Positions 1 to 13,122 of a stretch of DNA of 62,555 nucleotides are shown here, in pieces. The position numbers and the translations under genes are program-made. The notes under the pieces were generated by a model. The model was not told the DNA's origin, did not search any database, and was given only the letters and a program-made list of their open reading frames with translations. Every line of letters begins with the position of its first letter. Positions within the stretch are counted from its first letter, which is position 1. Origin of the DNA: Lama guanicoe (Eukaryota); contig MU053810.1 of assembly GCA_013239625.1 (NCBI GenBank), positions 1,373,320 to 1,435,874 on the forward strand. The letters are read 5' to 3'.

Positions 1-239
1 AACCTGGGATGACCGCACTAGTTGTGAATGTAACAGTTCACTTGCAAAGAATGAGGACTAATCTGAGAAATATTGGAAACTAGAAGATAATGGAGATATC
101 TAGAGATAATGCATTTTCTGGCTTATTCACTAGATTGCATGGTTTTCAAACCTGAGTTCCAAACTAAAAATTGAATATGAGTGTAGTATTACAAACAAAA
201 GACCTCAAAAAAAAAAAAAACACCCCAAAACATCCCATG

Positions 240-920
240 CACACTGTGCCCTAGCAAAATGAGGGAGAAAACTGAGGAAGAGGACAAAATGGGACATCAG
301 CCACAGGACACAGGGCTGATGTTGAAGAAAAGCCCAAGAGGTTCTGGAAAAGCAGATTGAGAGAGTAAGTGGTCCAGGCTGGCGCAAAGGTATCAACCCA
401 AAGGGGACTTCGGAGTCTCCAAAAGAAATAGTATCCTAAAAGTCCGTCTGATATTTTAATCTAGTGGAAAATTGTATTGAGTTGTTGTTGGAGAGTTTAA
501 GAATTAGCCACAAAGTATAGAAGACAAAATAAACTGGATAATTAGCTCCAGAAGAAAGGCAAAATAGTAAACGGATGGTTAATCATCATACACTATTGGC
601 TTAACGGTTAATAGCAATTATTTATGTAGTAATGATGTTATAAACCCTGAGTATGGCTTTAATTATGGAGTGATGGAAGGAGGGCTCTAAGAGGCAGTGA
701 GCAAGGAGTAGCTGGTTATAGAATACAGTGGAATGTTTAGCTACAACAATAAAATAGATAAATCAAGAAACACCACATGTGTATCTCTGATAAAAATGGA
801 GGCTCACACTAGAAGAAACAGTTAAGGAAATTGAAAGTATTTGTCTTGGGAGCTTAAGACATTTAGTGCAACTTAAGTTTTTGAACAATATGCATGTAAT
901 ACTTTAATGAAAATATAAAT
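240..920 (+). mobile_element. Ancient L1-related fragment, HAL1-like 3' region
   Basis: Motifs such as 'attatttatgtagtaatgatgttataaaccctgagtat', 'cactagaagaaacagttaaggaaattgaaagt' and 'tgcatgtaatactttaatgaaaatataaa' resemble the HAL1/L1ME 3' end as I recall it. Confidence 0.5.
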
Positions 921-1574
921 ATGGCAAAAAGGCCCTGTTGACACACACACACACGCACAAACACACACATTTATGACCTCAAATAATCACTCAGCACTCT
1001 TCAACATGCTGTTAAATGTTGCCAGATTGAGTGCTTTTTGAATCAGAAATTACTCCAATTTCATGCCTTCTCCTTTTCTCCTCAGGCTCCTCCACCCCAG
1101 AGTACCAGCTCTGCCAATTACTTACTCTCAAATTTTTTTAAAAGATTCATTGGCAGAGAACTTGCAAGTCTTTCCACAAACAAATGACCGTTTCTCATGT
1201 TCCATTATCTTTTCCCAGAAAAGACCCTGTTTCCCTTGGGGTCCTTTCCTTCTCATCCCAAGAATCTCTCCTTCATCGCCCACCCATCCCATCACCTCCT
1301 TGATCAGACACCAGCCTCTCCTTATCTGTGAAATTATCAACAAACATGCTCTTGTAGCCGTACCTTGAAAAAAAAAAGACAAAACAGCCTTCATTTGTTC
1401 CCACTTTCTGTTCCAGCTCCCAACAAATCCATCTGATCCATTTCAAAGTGTTGCCCACACTCACTGTCTCCAGCTGGGTCCTTCCATTGGCACTGCAACC
1501 TCTCTGATTCCACCATGAACACAATTACTTATATATTCGCTTAGGGTTTTTCTCCACACCCCCATCCCTCAATA

Positions 1575-1678
1575 AAATGTATACTTTGTGAGGTCAGGAA
1601 TTGGCCTTTATGCAGCTCTCCCATAAACTTAGGACTTAGCACCTGGCCCTCAATAAGTATCTTCAAACAAATGAATTA
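1575..1678 (+). mobile_element. L2 LINE 3' end remnant
   Basis: 'tgtgaggtcaggaa...cttagcacctggccctcaataagtatcttcaaacaaatgaat' is a typical L2 terminus. Confidence 0.6.
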
Positions 1679-1724
1679 AGCATAAAATCTTCATTTCAAA
1701 ACAACACAGTGATTTGCTTAAACA

Positions 1725-1866
1725 TTTTGTTTTGTTTTGGAGGCGGTAATTAGGTTTATTTATTATATTATATACGTTTGATTTAGCGGAGGTACTGGGG
1801 GTCAAACCCATGACCTCATGCACGCTAAGCATGCGTTCTACCGCTAAGCTGTACACTCCCCCCTCC
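1725..1866 (-). mobile_element. Camelid tRNA-Ala-derived SINE (vic-1 type)
   Basis: The minus strand reads GGGGGAGTGTACAGCTTAGCGGTAGAACGCATGCTTAGCGTGCATGAGGTCATGGGTTTGACCCCCAGTACCTCC (pol III A/B-box tRNA head). It is followed by an AT-rich linker, AATAAACCTAATTACC and an (AAAAC)n tail. Confidence 0.85.
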
Positions 1867-2842
1867 GCAATGATTGTTTTTAATGTTTTAGTACACATCG
1901 TGCACTACACAGTATAGAACATACAGTATGACAATCACTTGAATACTGTTTTTAAAGAAGAAATTGATTTAATATGAATTTGTGATGCAAATCAAATGAA
2001 AAGATATGCTTAACTATTTTGTACCAGTCTGTTTATATTATATATATAAATAAAACATGCTGCAAAAATAGCTAAATATTTAGAAACATAATCACAATCA
2101 ATACATGCTACATGTCAGTTCTAACTGCCCCAAATCCAATTTTTTGTGCATGTTTATTTCCTTCTAAATGTAGTAAGTTGCTTAGAAATAATTAAAATCC
2201 TATATATTTTAAATTTAATGGGAAATGCTTGTTGCTCTGTAGATGGAGTATGGTAAAAATCATCTAATATCAGGATTTACTGTAGCAGAAACTGGTGAAA
2301 CCCAGGGAGAGATGAGGTACCATCCTTCAGTAAAGACTGATCGGCACCACCAGGTTGTTCCTGACCTGACTTTTTCTTTTTCTTTTCTTCCAGTTTTTTT
2401 CCTCCCACTATGTACCTAGAGTATTCCCCAGCCAGGTGGCTAACAACCTATTAAACTTAAAATTTATGAGGTTTTCACAGGGTGAGGTAGCCCCTAACAG
2501 AGTCATTTTTCTTCCATTGCTAGCCGCACCACCCTCTTCTTATTCCAGAGATTTCCGCCTCTGGGCCAACTCCAGCCAGTCATCCGGTGCTCCATCCTCA
2601 CCAGGTGTTACACAGGAAGGACCATCACTCTTCATTTTGCCCAAGGGTGTAATGTTTTAAGGGATCATCTAAGAATAAAGATATGTAAACAATAGAAATT
2701 TTTAAAAAAGAAATATAATTATATGTCATCATAATGCTACACATTTCATAAAACACAATAGAGGAAGCACAACATATTATAGAAATAAAATGTTATAATA
2801 CCACTTTCAGAAATCCAGTGGAACTATGTGTGTATATATGTG

Positions 2843-2843
<1 letters not shown>

Positions 2844-2888
<45 letters not shown>
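2844..2888. repeat. (CA)n microsatellite, ~22 units
   Basis: Directly visible. Confidence 0.98.
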
Positions 2889-2893
<5 letters not shown>

Positions 2894-5319
2894 TTTTTAT
2901 ACTACTGTCTACTGTTTAGACTCCTTGATAGAAAAATTTTCCCATATTGTATTTTGGGACTTTTGCACATCTTTGAGTGAGCTTGAGCTATGATTTTACG
3001 GATGTGCTATACTTGATTTATGTAGCAGAGATATGTAGCTTTATGGAACAAATTAGTTCAACTTCATTTTTTCATATGTTTAGAATGGCAGGTGTAATCT
3101 GGGAATTATCCATTTATTAAACACTTAAGAGAATTCACCATGAATTTGATCTAAACTGGGAAATACAATAGGAGATTTTTCATTAATAACAAAATGGTTT
3201 TATTGTGATTAACCACTTTATATGTTTAGAAGAGTTTATATAACAGGAGGGTAATATATTCATTAAGAACTTGAGAAAAATTCATCGGTACAGTGATTGA
3301 GAGGTAGAAATATTATTGGAAGGAATCTGTGGGTGACTTAAAATAATAATAGGATAATAAAACAATAGATTTTTCTACTGTATTTGTACTTCTGTCACAC
3401 AGATTGCTTTCCCTTTTCCTTGTGGATTGTAACTATATACCCAGGGAAAAGAAAGTGTTTAATAAATCCTCTTGTATTCAGATTGCTGGTAATTTATTTA
3501 GGATTTTGGCATCTATAAATGACACCCTTCCCAAGTTTTTTTCTGTGAGTAATATTTCTTGAGTTTCTATTACCAGGCAAGCATTAGCTCCCTGAAGTAA
3601 ACTAGGTAGCTTTTTATTCCCAGAAACAGCAGGTAAAGCATGAGAAATACCTTTTCTTGAGCCTTTGGAAGTACAGAACAGCCAAACAGCCTGCTCTTGA
3701 AGCCGTTTTTAAGGCTTTTTCAATGTCACGTGTGTTATTGAACTACTTGGAATTTCTGCTGCTTACATTAATTGTATAATGTATAGTATCATTGCAGAAT
3801 CGTTCATTTCAATGAGGTTTTCAAGCTTCTGTTTCTATAGTTTGATATATAAATATGTGTATATGTTAATCCATGAATAAATCAATTTTATGTACGTTAT
3901 ATATAACCTATATATTATACATTCATGGTTATACTTACAAATATATTTTATACATACCTATACAATATATATGCTTATGTGTGCATCAGATTTGAGTAGT
4001 AACAAATAAAATGAAGAAAAATAATTAGGGCAAGCAGATTGCTGGATAGAAATGAGGAAGAGGGAATGGCAGTGATAGTCCAAGATTTGGGCGGACTACT
4101 TAACTGTCAGAAAAAGCAGGAAACATGAAGTCCTGAGACAAGGGCAGGCTAAGTGTGTTTAGGGAAGAGCGTTACCAGACAGGGTATGGTCTAGTCGACG
4201 CTGATGCACCTGGAACTCGGCCCAGCATATAGGAGGTGCTCAGTAAGTCCTCTCTGAACAAACAGTGCAGAGTTTGGACATTTTTCTCAGTTGGGTGGAA
4301 AGTCATTAGAAGATTCCTTGTTTTGTACTGAGCAAGGATGGGGCCTTGTTACTTCACCAGAAGGTCGAACTGAGTCCTAAACACCCATGAATTCTCTCAC
4401 CCTGGCCTTTGCAGGTCCTGTGGTTAGTGGATATTCCTTCTAGAGCCCTGCAATTCATTGTTCTTTCTAATTTTCAGCCTTACCATCTTGTGTGTTTTTG
4501 TGTGTATACTCAGCGAAGGAGACAAAACAAGAATCAGGCCTTGCTGGAATTAAAGTCAGAACCCATGTTTTAAAGGAAAATTCTTTCATACTTCATAGGA
4601 TGACAGAAGAAAAAGTTCAAAGGCCTATTCCTTGCTAGCTTACACTCCACAGCAAAAATTTAACTCCTTTATCTTCTTCATCTTAGAACAAGACTAGTTT
4701 CTATTGACTTGCAGCCATTTTCAATTGCCCAGTTTGTGAATTATTTAGTTTCTTCACTATTTCTTCTTCCTTTCTTTCCCCTTCCATCTGCCTCCAGGGA
4801 AATACTGCTTCAGAACAGTTGAAAAAAAAAAAAAACAGAAGTGGGAAGCTCAAAACTTCAATTTCAGGAATTCTCTAGGTTATTTTTAGTTATCACGTTG
4901 GCTACACTACCACCTGACCTGTGTAGACAGAAGGAAAACAGAACTGTTTTGATCTACTTTGTTTCTAAAGTAACTAAAGTTGTTTCTTCCGTGCTGCAAT
5001 AATTTGAAATAACATACGAATGTGCTTCTCTTCTACATTTTCAATTCTGCAGCTTGACTACCAGTCGGAGTGAAACTGCAGTGAAAGCCACACAGGAGCA
5101 GGTGACCTGCATTTTTAAGTTACCATCCCCAAAGGACAAAATCTGATCACGTTTATACTGCTTTTTTTGAAAGCACTCATTTAGTGCAATGACAGGAACA
5201 CAAGCTAAGCAGTTTCGGCAACTTGAACTCGCCACTTACAAAACCCTTGCTATCTGAGCTTTGGTTTCCACTCGGTAAACTGGGGGCAATAACATTTAAC
5301 CTCAAGGAATGTCCTAAAG

Positions 5320-5502
5320 TAATGGTTCTCATAAAGTGTGGCCCCAGATCAGTAGTGTCAGCATCACCTGAAAAATTGTTAGAGATGGAATTCTGGGGTC
5401 ACCGCAGGCTTACTGAATCAGAAACTCTGTGGATGGGCCCAGCAATCTGTTTTAACAAACCTTCTGGGTGATTCTGATGCATTTTAAAGTTGTAAATGAC
5501 TA
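5320..5502. mobile_element. MER5A-type hAT/Charlie MITE
   Basis: 'tggttctc...cagcatcacctg...ttgttaga...tactgaatcagaaactctg...gggcccagcaatctgttttaacaa...ggtgattctgatgca' is the MER5A signature. Confidence 0.88.
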
Positions 5503-7659
5503 TTATAATGGTTAAACAAGATACTCTTTAGACAAAATGAACGTGCTTTGAATAACTGTGATACATTATCTGCGTGGTAACTCCCATTATTTTGGGATGA
5601 TAGTGAATATTTTCAGGAAACATTAATGAGCAGGAGCATACGAGAGTGTAACAGGTACAGTCCTTACCTTAAAAAAATGTATAGTCTAGAAAGATTGATA
5701 AGGAAATTCAAATTAGGGCATAAAGGAAGACTTCCGGGGGACATGTAATTTGGTCTGTGTCCTTAAGGCTCAGTGTGAGTTAGCTAGATTGATAAGGAGT
5801 GAAGCCATCTTCTGGCTGATGAGAATAGATGTTCTGGAAAGTCGTAGGAGTGTGAAAGATCATATATCTTAGGTGAAAGGGTTTCAAATAAGAGTAAAGG
5901 GTGTGTGAGCAAAGGGAGAATTGAGTTCAAGCCCGCTGTGCCATCTGTATCAGAGATTGTATCAGAGAAGAGTCCCTGTGTGAAATCACTTTATCCAGAC
6001 AGGGAAAAAGCAGCTGGGAAAAAGCAGTGAAGGCTTTGAGTCGGGGAAGTTCCATGATGCGACATCAGCCTGTAGGCAGGAAATCCAGCTAGGAGCCTGG
6101 TATGATAGTAGAGCCATGAGGGCCTTTGGCCACGTGGCCAAAGCAGGATGGGCCAGGAGGGCATATGTGTGAGATGTTCAGCCGGTAAATTGATGGAACT
6201 CTGGTGACTGAGATGAAGTGGAGGAATGGATATGAGGATTCAGAAACTGTTTGAATCTATCCATCTTTTTTTAAATCATGAAGTGCTTACTTCTGATGCT
6301 TAGAATGTTGTATTTCACAATAGGGTTACGATTCTTTTTAAAGTGGTTTTCTAATTGTCAGGAAAAATGCAACCCCCATTACCCTAAATCAGTGTAAAGC
6401 ACTGGATCGGGCCAGCTAGTTGAAACCTCTTCTAATCTGAAATATTCAAATGTCAACCTGTTACGAAATAACCGTGCCTCTGCATTAGCACTTAGTTTGT
6501 CTTTTTATTACTTTAGACTTACTTGAACAATTCAAGTAGTTTTTTAAAAAGGGGGGGAGGGCAGAGTAAACCCTCTGACGGTTCCCACCAAATTAATTAA
6601 TCCATGAACACATGCTTAGAAAGTGTGTGGCTCTGGCGACGGGACAGATGAGCTGAGGCCCGGACACAAGTGAACAAGTGACAGAAAGGCTGGGAGGCTC
6701 TTTTGTCCCAGGTGTTCATGCGTAATGAATGGGTGGTACGAAGCACACCCAGAAACAAGTTGTTATTTTATAGTGCCTCGGTTACTACCTGCTAATGGCA
6801 GAAGACCTGTTAGAAATTAGTAAAGATTGGGGTGTTGGCTTCGGCTGAAAGAATTGAATTATATTTTCTTTCTCCTGTTTGTGTTAAGAAAACAGGCCTT
6901 TATGCACGGCTGGAGTGGGAGGTTTATCTTTCTCTTTCAGGTGGGCTCTACCTAATCCTTTTAAATGTTATAAAATGTGCTGCAGCTAATTAGTCAAGGA
7001 GGAAATTAGTCCAGGCAAATTAATCACTGGTCCTCAATGTGGAATTTCAATGCTTTGTGGCTCAGAGATTATTTAGTGGTTTCTCCTGCTTTCTTGTTTT
7101 CTGTTAAAATGAATTCACCCATGACAATAAAGATGGCTCATTAAGGGCTTACTTCTGTGGTCCCACTCCCCTTCTCCTGGTACAGGCTGAACTCGGGGCT
7201 CAGAAAACACATGGTCTGAGCAGATGCTTTCATGTGAAGCTGAGACAGCCCTGCTTTCTGCCTCCTTGGAGCGCTTCTGATGGGTAGAAACCACAGGGGA
7301 TGGAGGTGGGGAGAAATGTTCATCGCAAGCACTGAACGTCTCAAACACCTGCTCTTCCTTTCCCTGCTTGTGTAACTGGATCAGGAACCTCCAAGCATAT
7401 TCAAATGCGAAAAGGCTTTTTAAATGGCATAATTAATAAGTCATGAAAATAGAAGCTGTGCCAGTGGCTTTTTGCTGCTTCCTATGTCTTACTGATGCTC
7501 AGGCAAGAATGGAGACAGGGTGGTTGTCAGATGCCAGCTCCCTGGAGGGCCAGAGTGTTAGGGCAGGTGCACATAATGTTGGCAGGGAGCAGCCATGACC
7601 ATGATTTACACTGGAAAACAGAAGACAGTACCAAAAGCCCGAGGGAGATAACACTTGAC

Positions 7660-8050
7660 AGTTAACAATGTAGTTTCACGTGCATTGTTTTACTTAATTC
7701 TCCTACTCATTCTGTGAGGTGTGTTCTTTTTTAAATTGAAGTATAGTCGATTTACAACATTTTATTAATTTCTGGTGTACGGCTAGTGATATATACATAT
7801 ATATATATTCATATATTCCTTTTCATAGTCTTTTTCATTTTAGGCCATTACGAGGTATTGAACATAGTTCACTGTGCTATATAGTAGGACCTTGTTGTTT
7901 ATCTATTTTATATATAGTAGTTAGTAGTGAGTTATAATATCGCTGTTTATAAATAGGAAATGAAAGTGATCTCACTCTCCTAAAGCCACATTGCTAGAAA
8001 GTGGCAGACGCTAACCTGCAATCCAGGTGCCCCGACCTGTAACTACTTCC
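7660..8050 (-). mobile_element. MIR SINE interrupted by an L1 3' fragment
   Basis: MIR core pieces lie on both sides of the L1 fragment ('ttaattctc...ctgtgaggt' and 'cctaaagccacattgctagaaagtggcaga...atccaggt'). Confidence 0.6.
7726..7925 (-). mobile_element. 5'-truncated L1 (3' UTR end only)
   Basis: T-tract plus 'aattgaagtatagtcgatttacaa...ctgtgctatatagtaggaccttgttgtttatctatttt', the artiodactyl-type L1 3' terminus in antisense. Confidence 0.85.
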
Positions 8051-8254
8051 TCTTTTCCCAGCACCGCATCTGCCTCCTCTCCACCTAGGTGTCTCCATGG
8101 TAAAGGTTCATCTGATAAATGGACATTTTCAGACCATGAAGATCAAAACTGTATATATCCCAGTGTTTCTCTCCTAACAGACAAAAATTGTGAAGTTAAG
8201 TGCCATTAGAAACAACAGTATTCCAACCTTAGGAAGACCATGGGAAGCAAAACT

Positions 8255-8635
8255 GTGTAGTGAACAGAGCATCATCTGAGAGCCAAAGAGATGTAGTTTA
8301 CAGTCTAGTTCATTTTTTTGTTTGTTCATCTGTCTGTTTCATGGGGGGAGGTAATTAGGTTTATATATGTATAGATATAAATTTTAAATGGAGGTGCTGG
8401 GGATTGAACCAAGGACCTCGTGCATGCTAAGCACACGCTCCACCACTGAGCTATCCCCTCGTCCTACAATCTAGTTCAGAACGTACCTCTGGTGACTTAC
8501 TGCTCAGCCTCTCTGTGCCTTTATTTCCTCAACTATGGAATAGAGGAAAAAACTCCCATCTTGTAACATTATTATATGACAAAAATATGTTGAAACACTT
8601 AGAATATTGTTTAGCACATAGCAGGTATTCAATCA
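8255..8635 (+). mobile_element. MIR SINE hosting the second vic-1 insertion
   Basis: 'gtgtagtgaacagagca...' on the left; 'ggtgactt...agcctctctgtgcctttatttcctca...cacttagaa...tagcacatagcagg' on the right. Confidence 0.7.
8313..8464 (-). mobile_element. Camelid vic-1-type SINE with target-site duplication
   Basis: Minus-strand head GGATAGCTCAGTGGTGGAGCGTGTGCTTAGCATGCACGAGGTCCTTGGTTCAATCCCCAGCACCTCC. 14-bp TSD tacagtctagttca (8299-8312) / tacaatctagttca (8465-8478). Confidence 0.9.
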
Positions 8636-9444
8636 TCATCTCTAGCGGGTTTAATAAATTGTGATTTTTCTGAAGCATGTATGTCAATGTACAGTGATAC
8701 TGGCCCCTATAAACAAAAGTGATGTACCTGGTTTTAATAGTCATACCATGTTGCTGTAAACATGCCTAATAAAAAGAAAAACAAGTCTAATTCTAGAAGG
8801 CTAAGTGATGAATCTAATCTGGAATATATTCTAAGTGTGTGCTGTTTATGAAGGGATTTCCCTTCGCCAAACTTAAAAATTACAAAATTAGAGTAAGCAG
8901 GACTGAAAAAATATACTGCAGTAAAGAGTTGGGAGATCTAGATGTCAGTTTAGCATCTCATTGACAATTTGAACATATCTCTCCAGATCCCATCAGTCAT
9001 AGATGATTTCTATATACTTAGGTGACCATTTTTTCCTGAACCACTGTTAGATAATACATAAACACTTCATGCTTCGGAATAAATATAATTTAAGACATCA
9101 GCTGTTCCATACATGTCTCATTAAGTTGGCACATTTTTCACTTTCTGGGTCCAGGACAATAGGTTCTTGAAGCAGTTCTTTCATTTTCTCCTTTAGCGTT
9201 TTTCTTTACCTTTCTTATATTTCATATATTTTATGTTCGACTTTTTCTCCTATTCATTTTCAAATGTGGCTTTTTTTGTCTCCTAAGTTTATCCTACAAA
9301 TTCCCAAGCATATCTTGTCCATCTTTTTTATATGTAGCAGACTACCTTGTACATAGTAGACATTCAATAAATATTTGCTGAATAAGGGATTGTTGATTGG
9401 ATCAGGAGAACTTCAAGGATCAAAATGGAAGAGTAGGAAAGCTT

Positions 9445-9900
9445 GTTTGGTGTGTGTGCCTGTAATAGAAGACCAGACGCAGACTGGCTCAAATGATGAA
9501 GGAATGTATTGACTTCTTGTATCTGAAAAGTCTAAATGCACAGCAGACCGGAAACACGAATGGACTGAAAAGTTGGCAGTGCCGTTAAGGTTGTTCCTCC
9601 ATTTCTCCAGGAGTTGCTAGGCTCTGTCTTCCTACTACTTTGCCTTATCCTCAGGTTGGCTTTTGTAGCAAAGTGGTAACAAGAGGCCTGCTTGAGCTAA
9701 ACAGAGCTATACCCTCCCATTCTCATGTCAGAGCTGGGGGAGGAGATTTCTTACCACAAATAGTCATCAAAACGTACCCCTTGGTGACAAAATTCTTACT
9801 GGACAAACTAATGTCCATGTCTCTCTATGAACCAATCCCTGTTGACTAGAAATGCCATCTGGTAATGAACAGAGTCCTGGGTGATGCTACACCAGGGAAA
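9445..9900. mobile_element. Old MaLR (MLT1-type) LTR remnant
   Basis: 'tgcctgtaatagaagacc...actggctcaaat...ggaatgtattg...ctgaaaagtcta' and 'tgaaccaatccctgt' resemble MLT1J/K/L. Similar remnants lie near 19450-19940 and 42830-43030. Confidence 0.5.
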
Positions 9901-10586
9901 ATGAGATAACCCCAGAAATCAGGTTGAGGTTCAGTCTCAACCAAACCATAGTAATGCTTATGATTTGGTGGAGGGAAGGGACTGAGCCTGGGTGTTTACT
10001 TGAATTTGGGGGAGGCAATCACAACATGCATGAAAATTGAGTAATAGCTTGAACTTTTGTTCTTCTAAAAATAAGTCTGAAATGCTCCAGTGTTAGACTT
10101 ACACTCATTAGGTATAGAAAATAAGTGATAAAACACCCAGCCTCAGGTTAACCCAAAATAAATCCGATTTTTTTCTTATGCTCTTTGCTTATGGATGGCT
10201 TCTAAGTAAAACGAGTCCTTTTCTTCCCTTTCGTTAAACAGAACAGTTATTTTATGGGTTAAACTGATTCTAATGACTCACTGTGAAAAACAAAACCTCC
10301 AAAATAATTTCATCACATCTGACATTTCTTTTTTCTTGACATTACAACAAAACAAACAAGCATCTAATTTAGACTGAGGTATCCTCGTCTTAGCACAAGT
10401 ATCATATAAAGTTTATCACCCTTATGGAGTCTTTTGGATTATACAAGAGGTCAAACCACAGTTGCATTCAGTCTTGTTTAGTCATAAAATAGGTAAACCA
10501 TTACCTGGAAAGGGTTATTCTAGTCCTCAATGGTCAAGCAAATAAGGTGAATCTCATTGCCCCATTCTTTTATGGATCTCACTCTT

Positions 10587-11120
10587 TAAAAAATGATTAT
10601 AGTTTTATTAAATGTTGTAGCATTTAGTAGTCCACATTCTACTCATTAATCTTCCTTTTCTCCTGCATGTCTAGTCTTTTTGTTTAAATTGAAGTATACT
10701 CAGTTTATGATGTTGTGTTAATTTCCATTGTACAGCATAGTGACTCATTTATGCACATATATATTCCTTTTCATATTCTTTTTCATTATAGACTATTACA
10801 AGGTATTGAGTATAGTTCCCTGTGCTATACAGTAGGACCTTGTTATTTAATTTGTTTTGCATACAGTGGTTGGTATCTGCAAACCCCGAATTCCCAATTT
10901 ATCACTCCACCCTCCCCTTCCCACCCTGGTAACCGTAAGTTTGTTTTCTATGTCTGTGAGTTTGTTTCTGTTTTGTAAGTAGATTCATTTGTGTCATTTT
11001 CTTTTTTAGGTTCCACATATAAGGGATATGATAGTTGTCTTTCTCTGTCTGACTTACTTCACTTAGTATGACAATCTCCATGTCCATCCATGTTGCTGTG
11101 GATGGCACTATTTTATTCTT
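10587..11120 (-). mobile_element. 5'-truncated L1 (about 10680-11120) with a 3'-transduced segment (10587-10680), all inside one TSD
   Basis: L1 ORF2 end and 3' UTR in antisense (...[22 protein letters not shown]...). Identical 19-mer ttttatggatctcactctt at 10568-10586 and 11121-11139. Confidence 0.8.
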
Positions 11121-13042
11121 TTTTATGGATCTCACTCTTGGCATCAGATAATTATGTAGCGCTGCCCACACCCACCCCACTGTAACAACCACCCGGCTTC
11201 CCAGCTGCGCCTAGCTTGCTCCACCCAGACTGGTCTCCTCTGGTTGGCACTTGCCTGGCCAAAGCATATGCAACTTTTCCCAGAATTCCATCCACTTTCT
11301 CTATCTGATTTTCTCCTCTCAAGAGCCTTCACCTTTCATCCCCAACACCTACTACTAAAACTAACAATCTTTGCCTTACCTATTCAGGAATAGACATGCT
11401 CTTATTTTTCACTTGCAGGCTACTACTGCTGATTTGCTAATGAGAAACAGTTGAGTGAGAGATCTAAGCCTCCCTACCCAGACTCCACGTGTGAACAGAG
11501 AAAATGACCAGCCTTTTCTTTTTAAAACATCTCAATGATCTTTAGTAGAGATCTGTGGTGACCTTAGCGGATATGAGTCCCACCAAACTGTAGAGCAGTT
11601 GGAGTTTCTGTTTCCTCTTCAAGCTCTCAGTCCTCAAGGAGATGGGACAAGAGAAATTCCTTTCACTGTTGTCGCTCTTAGGGGGTGAGTCAGTGAGCTA
11701 TTCTAGCATACCATCACTGCTGGTCTCGGTGGTCCAAGACCAGGGCTGAGGACCCACTCCACTCAGGGAGGTTTTAAGGGGGTCTGGGCACAATGTGAAA
11801 GACAAACACGTGGATTCACACTGCTACCCGAGAACTGACAAGGAATATATCTGGAGGGTTATGAGAAGAAAAAACAAATACTCCAGTTGTAAACAGTTCT
11901 CATTTATTCTCATGTGAGTGCCAGAGACATCAAGACAATTTGTCTTACATTTTCACTTTGTGAAGAATATTTACTCCTTAGTAAGAAGGCACTCTTGGAC
12001 CTCCTTGAATTTCTAAGCTTTTTATATTTAAAGAAGCTGTTGCTTTTTTGAGGGCATTGCTATGGATCATTCACATTTTCAAATTCAAGAGAGATTGAGG
12101 AAAAAATATTAACCGTGGGCTGAGGAGGCGCTGCTTCTAACACTCAGCTTTCAAACACACACACTCAAAAGCTAGTTTTTAATTCTGTTTTGTGGCATGC
12201 AGCCTGAACTTGGAAGGAAATTAAACCAAACCCTTCTTAATTTGTATCCTGTTATTTCTGGTAAACAAGACTGTGTACACGAGCTTTCACACTCACGTGC
12301 AAACACACACTACCAGGGAAATTCTGACATGCCTACTGCTTAGAAATAAACCTCATCTCCCTTTGAGGTACAAGCTAGACTCCAATTCTGAACTGTCTGA
12401 AGGCCGTCCATATCAGAGATGTTCCCAGTGTTACAAGTTTCATCACATATGTCCCTAAAATAAAGCAAAGGTAGTGAAATCCTGTAGAATGGATGGTACA
12501 CCCAATGAGATTACTAACCTGATTCCATATCTATGAATTTGAAGGATCATCCCCTTGTAATGAGAAATAAGAATGCTCTCTGATTTGTATTCCTGTTAAT
12601 TCTGTAATTTGAATATTCTCTATTGGTAGCTGAAAGAACTTAAATCTGTTCACTATTGAAAAATAGGCTTGCTTTTGAGTTTGAGACAAAGGAATAACGT
12701 AATATTGGACACTAGTGAAAAGTGAAGTCAGTTTTTGAAAACAAGAAATGAACTTAATAAATAGAGAAACCAAGTTCTCCTCTTTACAGATAAAGTCAAG
12801 AGGGGAATAAATATTGGGGAGAAAAAACGTATCTCTTACACAATAATGTCAAAACAATACAATTCAATTTTGCTTTTGCTTTGGTTTAACATTTTTGGTT
12901 TTTGGTCAAAGTTACCCACATTCCTGGTATCTCATTGTTTTTTGACATTCATCATTTTATTCCATGACAGTACTGTTAAAATATGTTTCCACTTCTTTTT
13001 TTTTTTTTTCCTGCCAACTATCACATTTTATCTTATTTCCAG

Positions 13043-13122
13043 ATGTGGACCAGGATGGAAAGGAAATCGTTGCCACATCAAGGTTAACCCTCTGCCGGCT
13101 GAGTTCACGAACACCCAGAACA
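13043..13122 (+). CDS. MALRD1: MALRD1 internal exon: C-terminal half of the last EGF-like repeat plus stalk, (R)CGPGWKGNRCHIKVNPLPAEFTNTQN
   Basis: Polypyrimidine tract plus ttccAG acceptor (AG 13041-42) and GTAGGT donor (13123). The 80 nt exon is phase 2 in, phase 1 out. CxxGWxGxxC is the EGF signature. The peptide closely matches my recollection of the human MALRD1 C-terminus (CRQGWKGNRCHIKFNPP...). Confidence 0.93.

Noticed and set aside
1790..1866. tRNA-Ala gene (also 8390-8464)
   Set aside because: These are SINE heads with AT-rich tails and TSDs, and no proper acceptor stem.
1..13042. Further upstream MALRD1 exons (MAM, LDLa, first half of the EGF repeat)
   Set aside because: I found no Cys-patterned exon with splice sites, so the region appears to be one large intron. 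A short exon could have been missed by eye.
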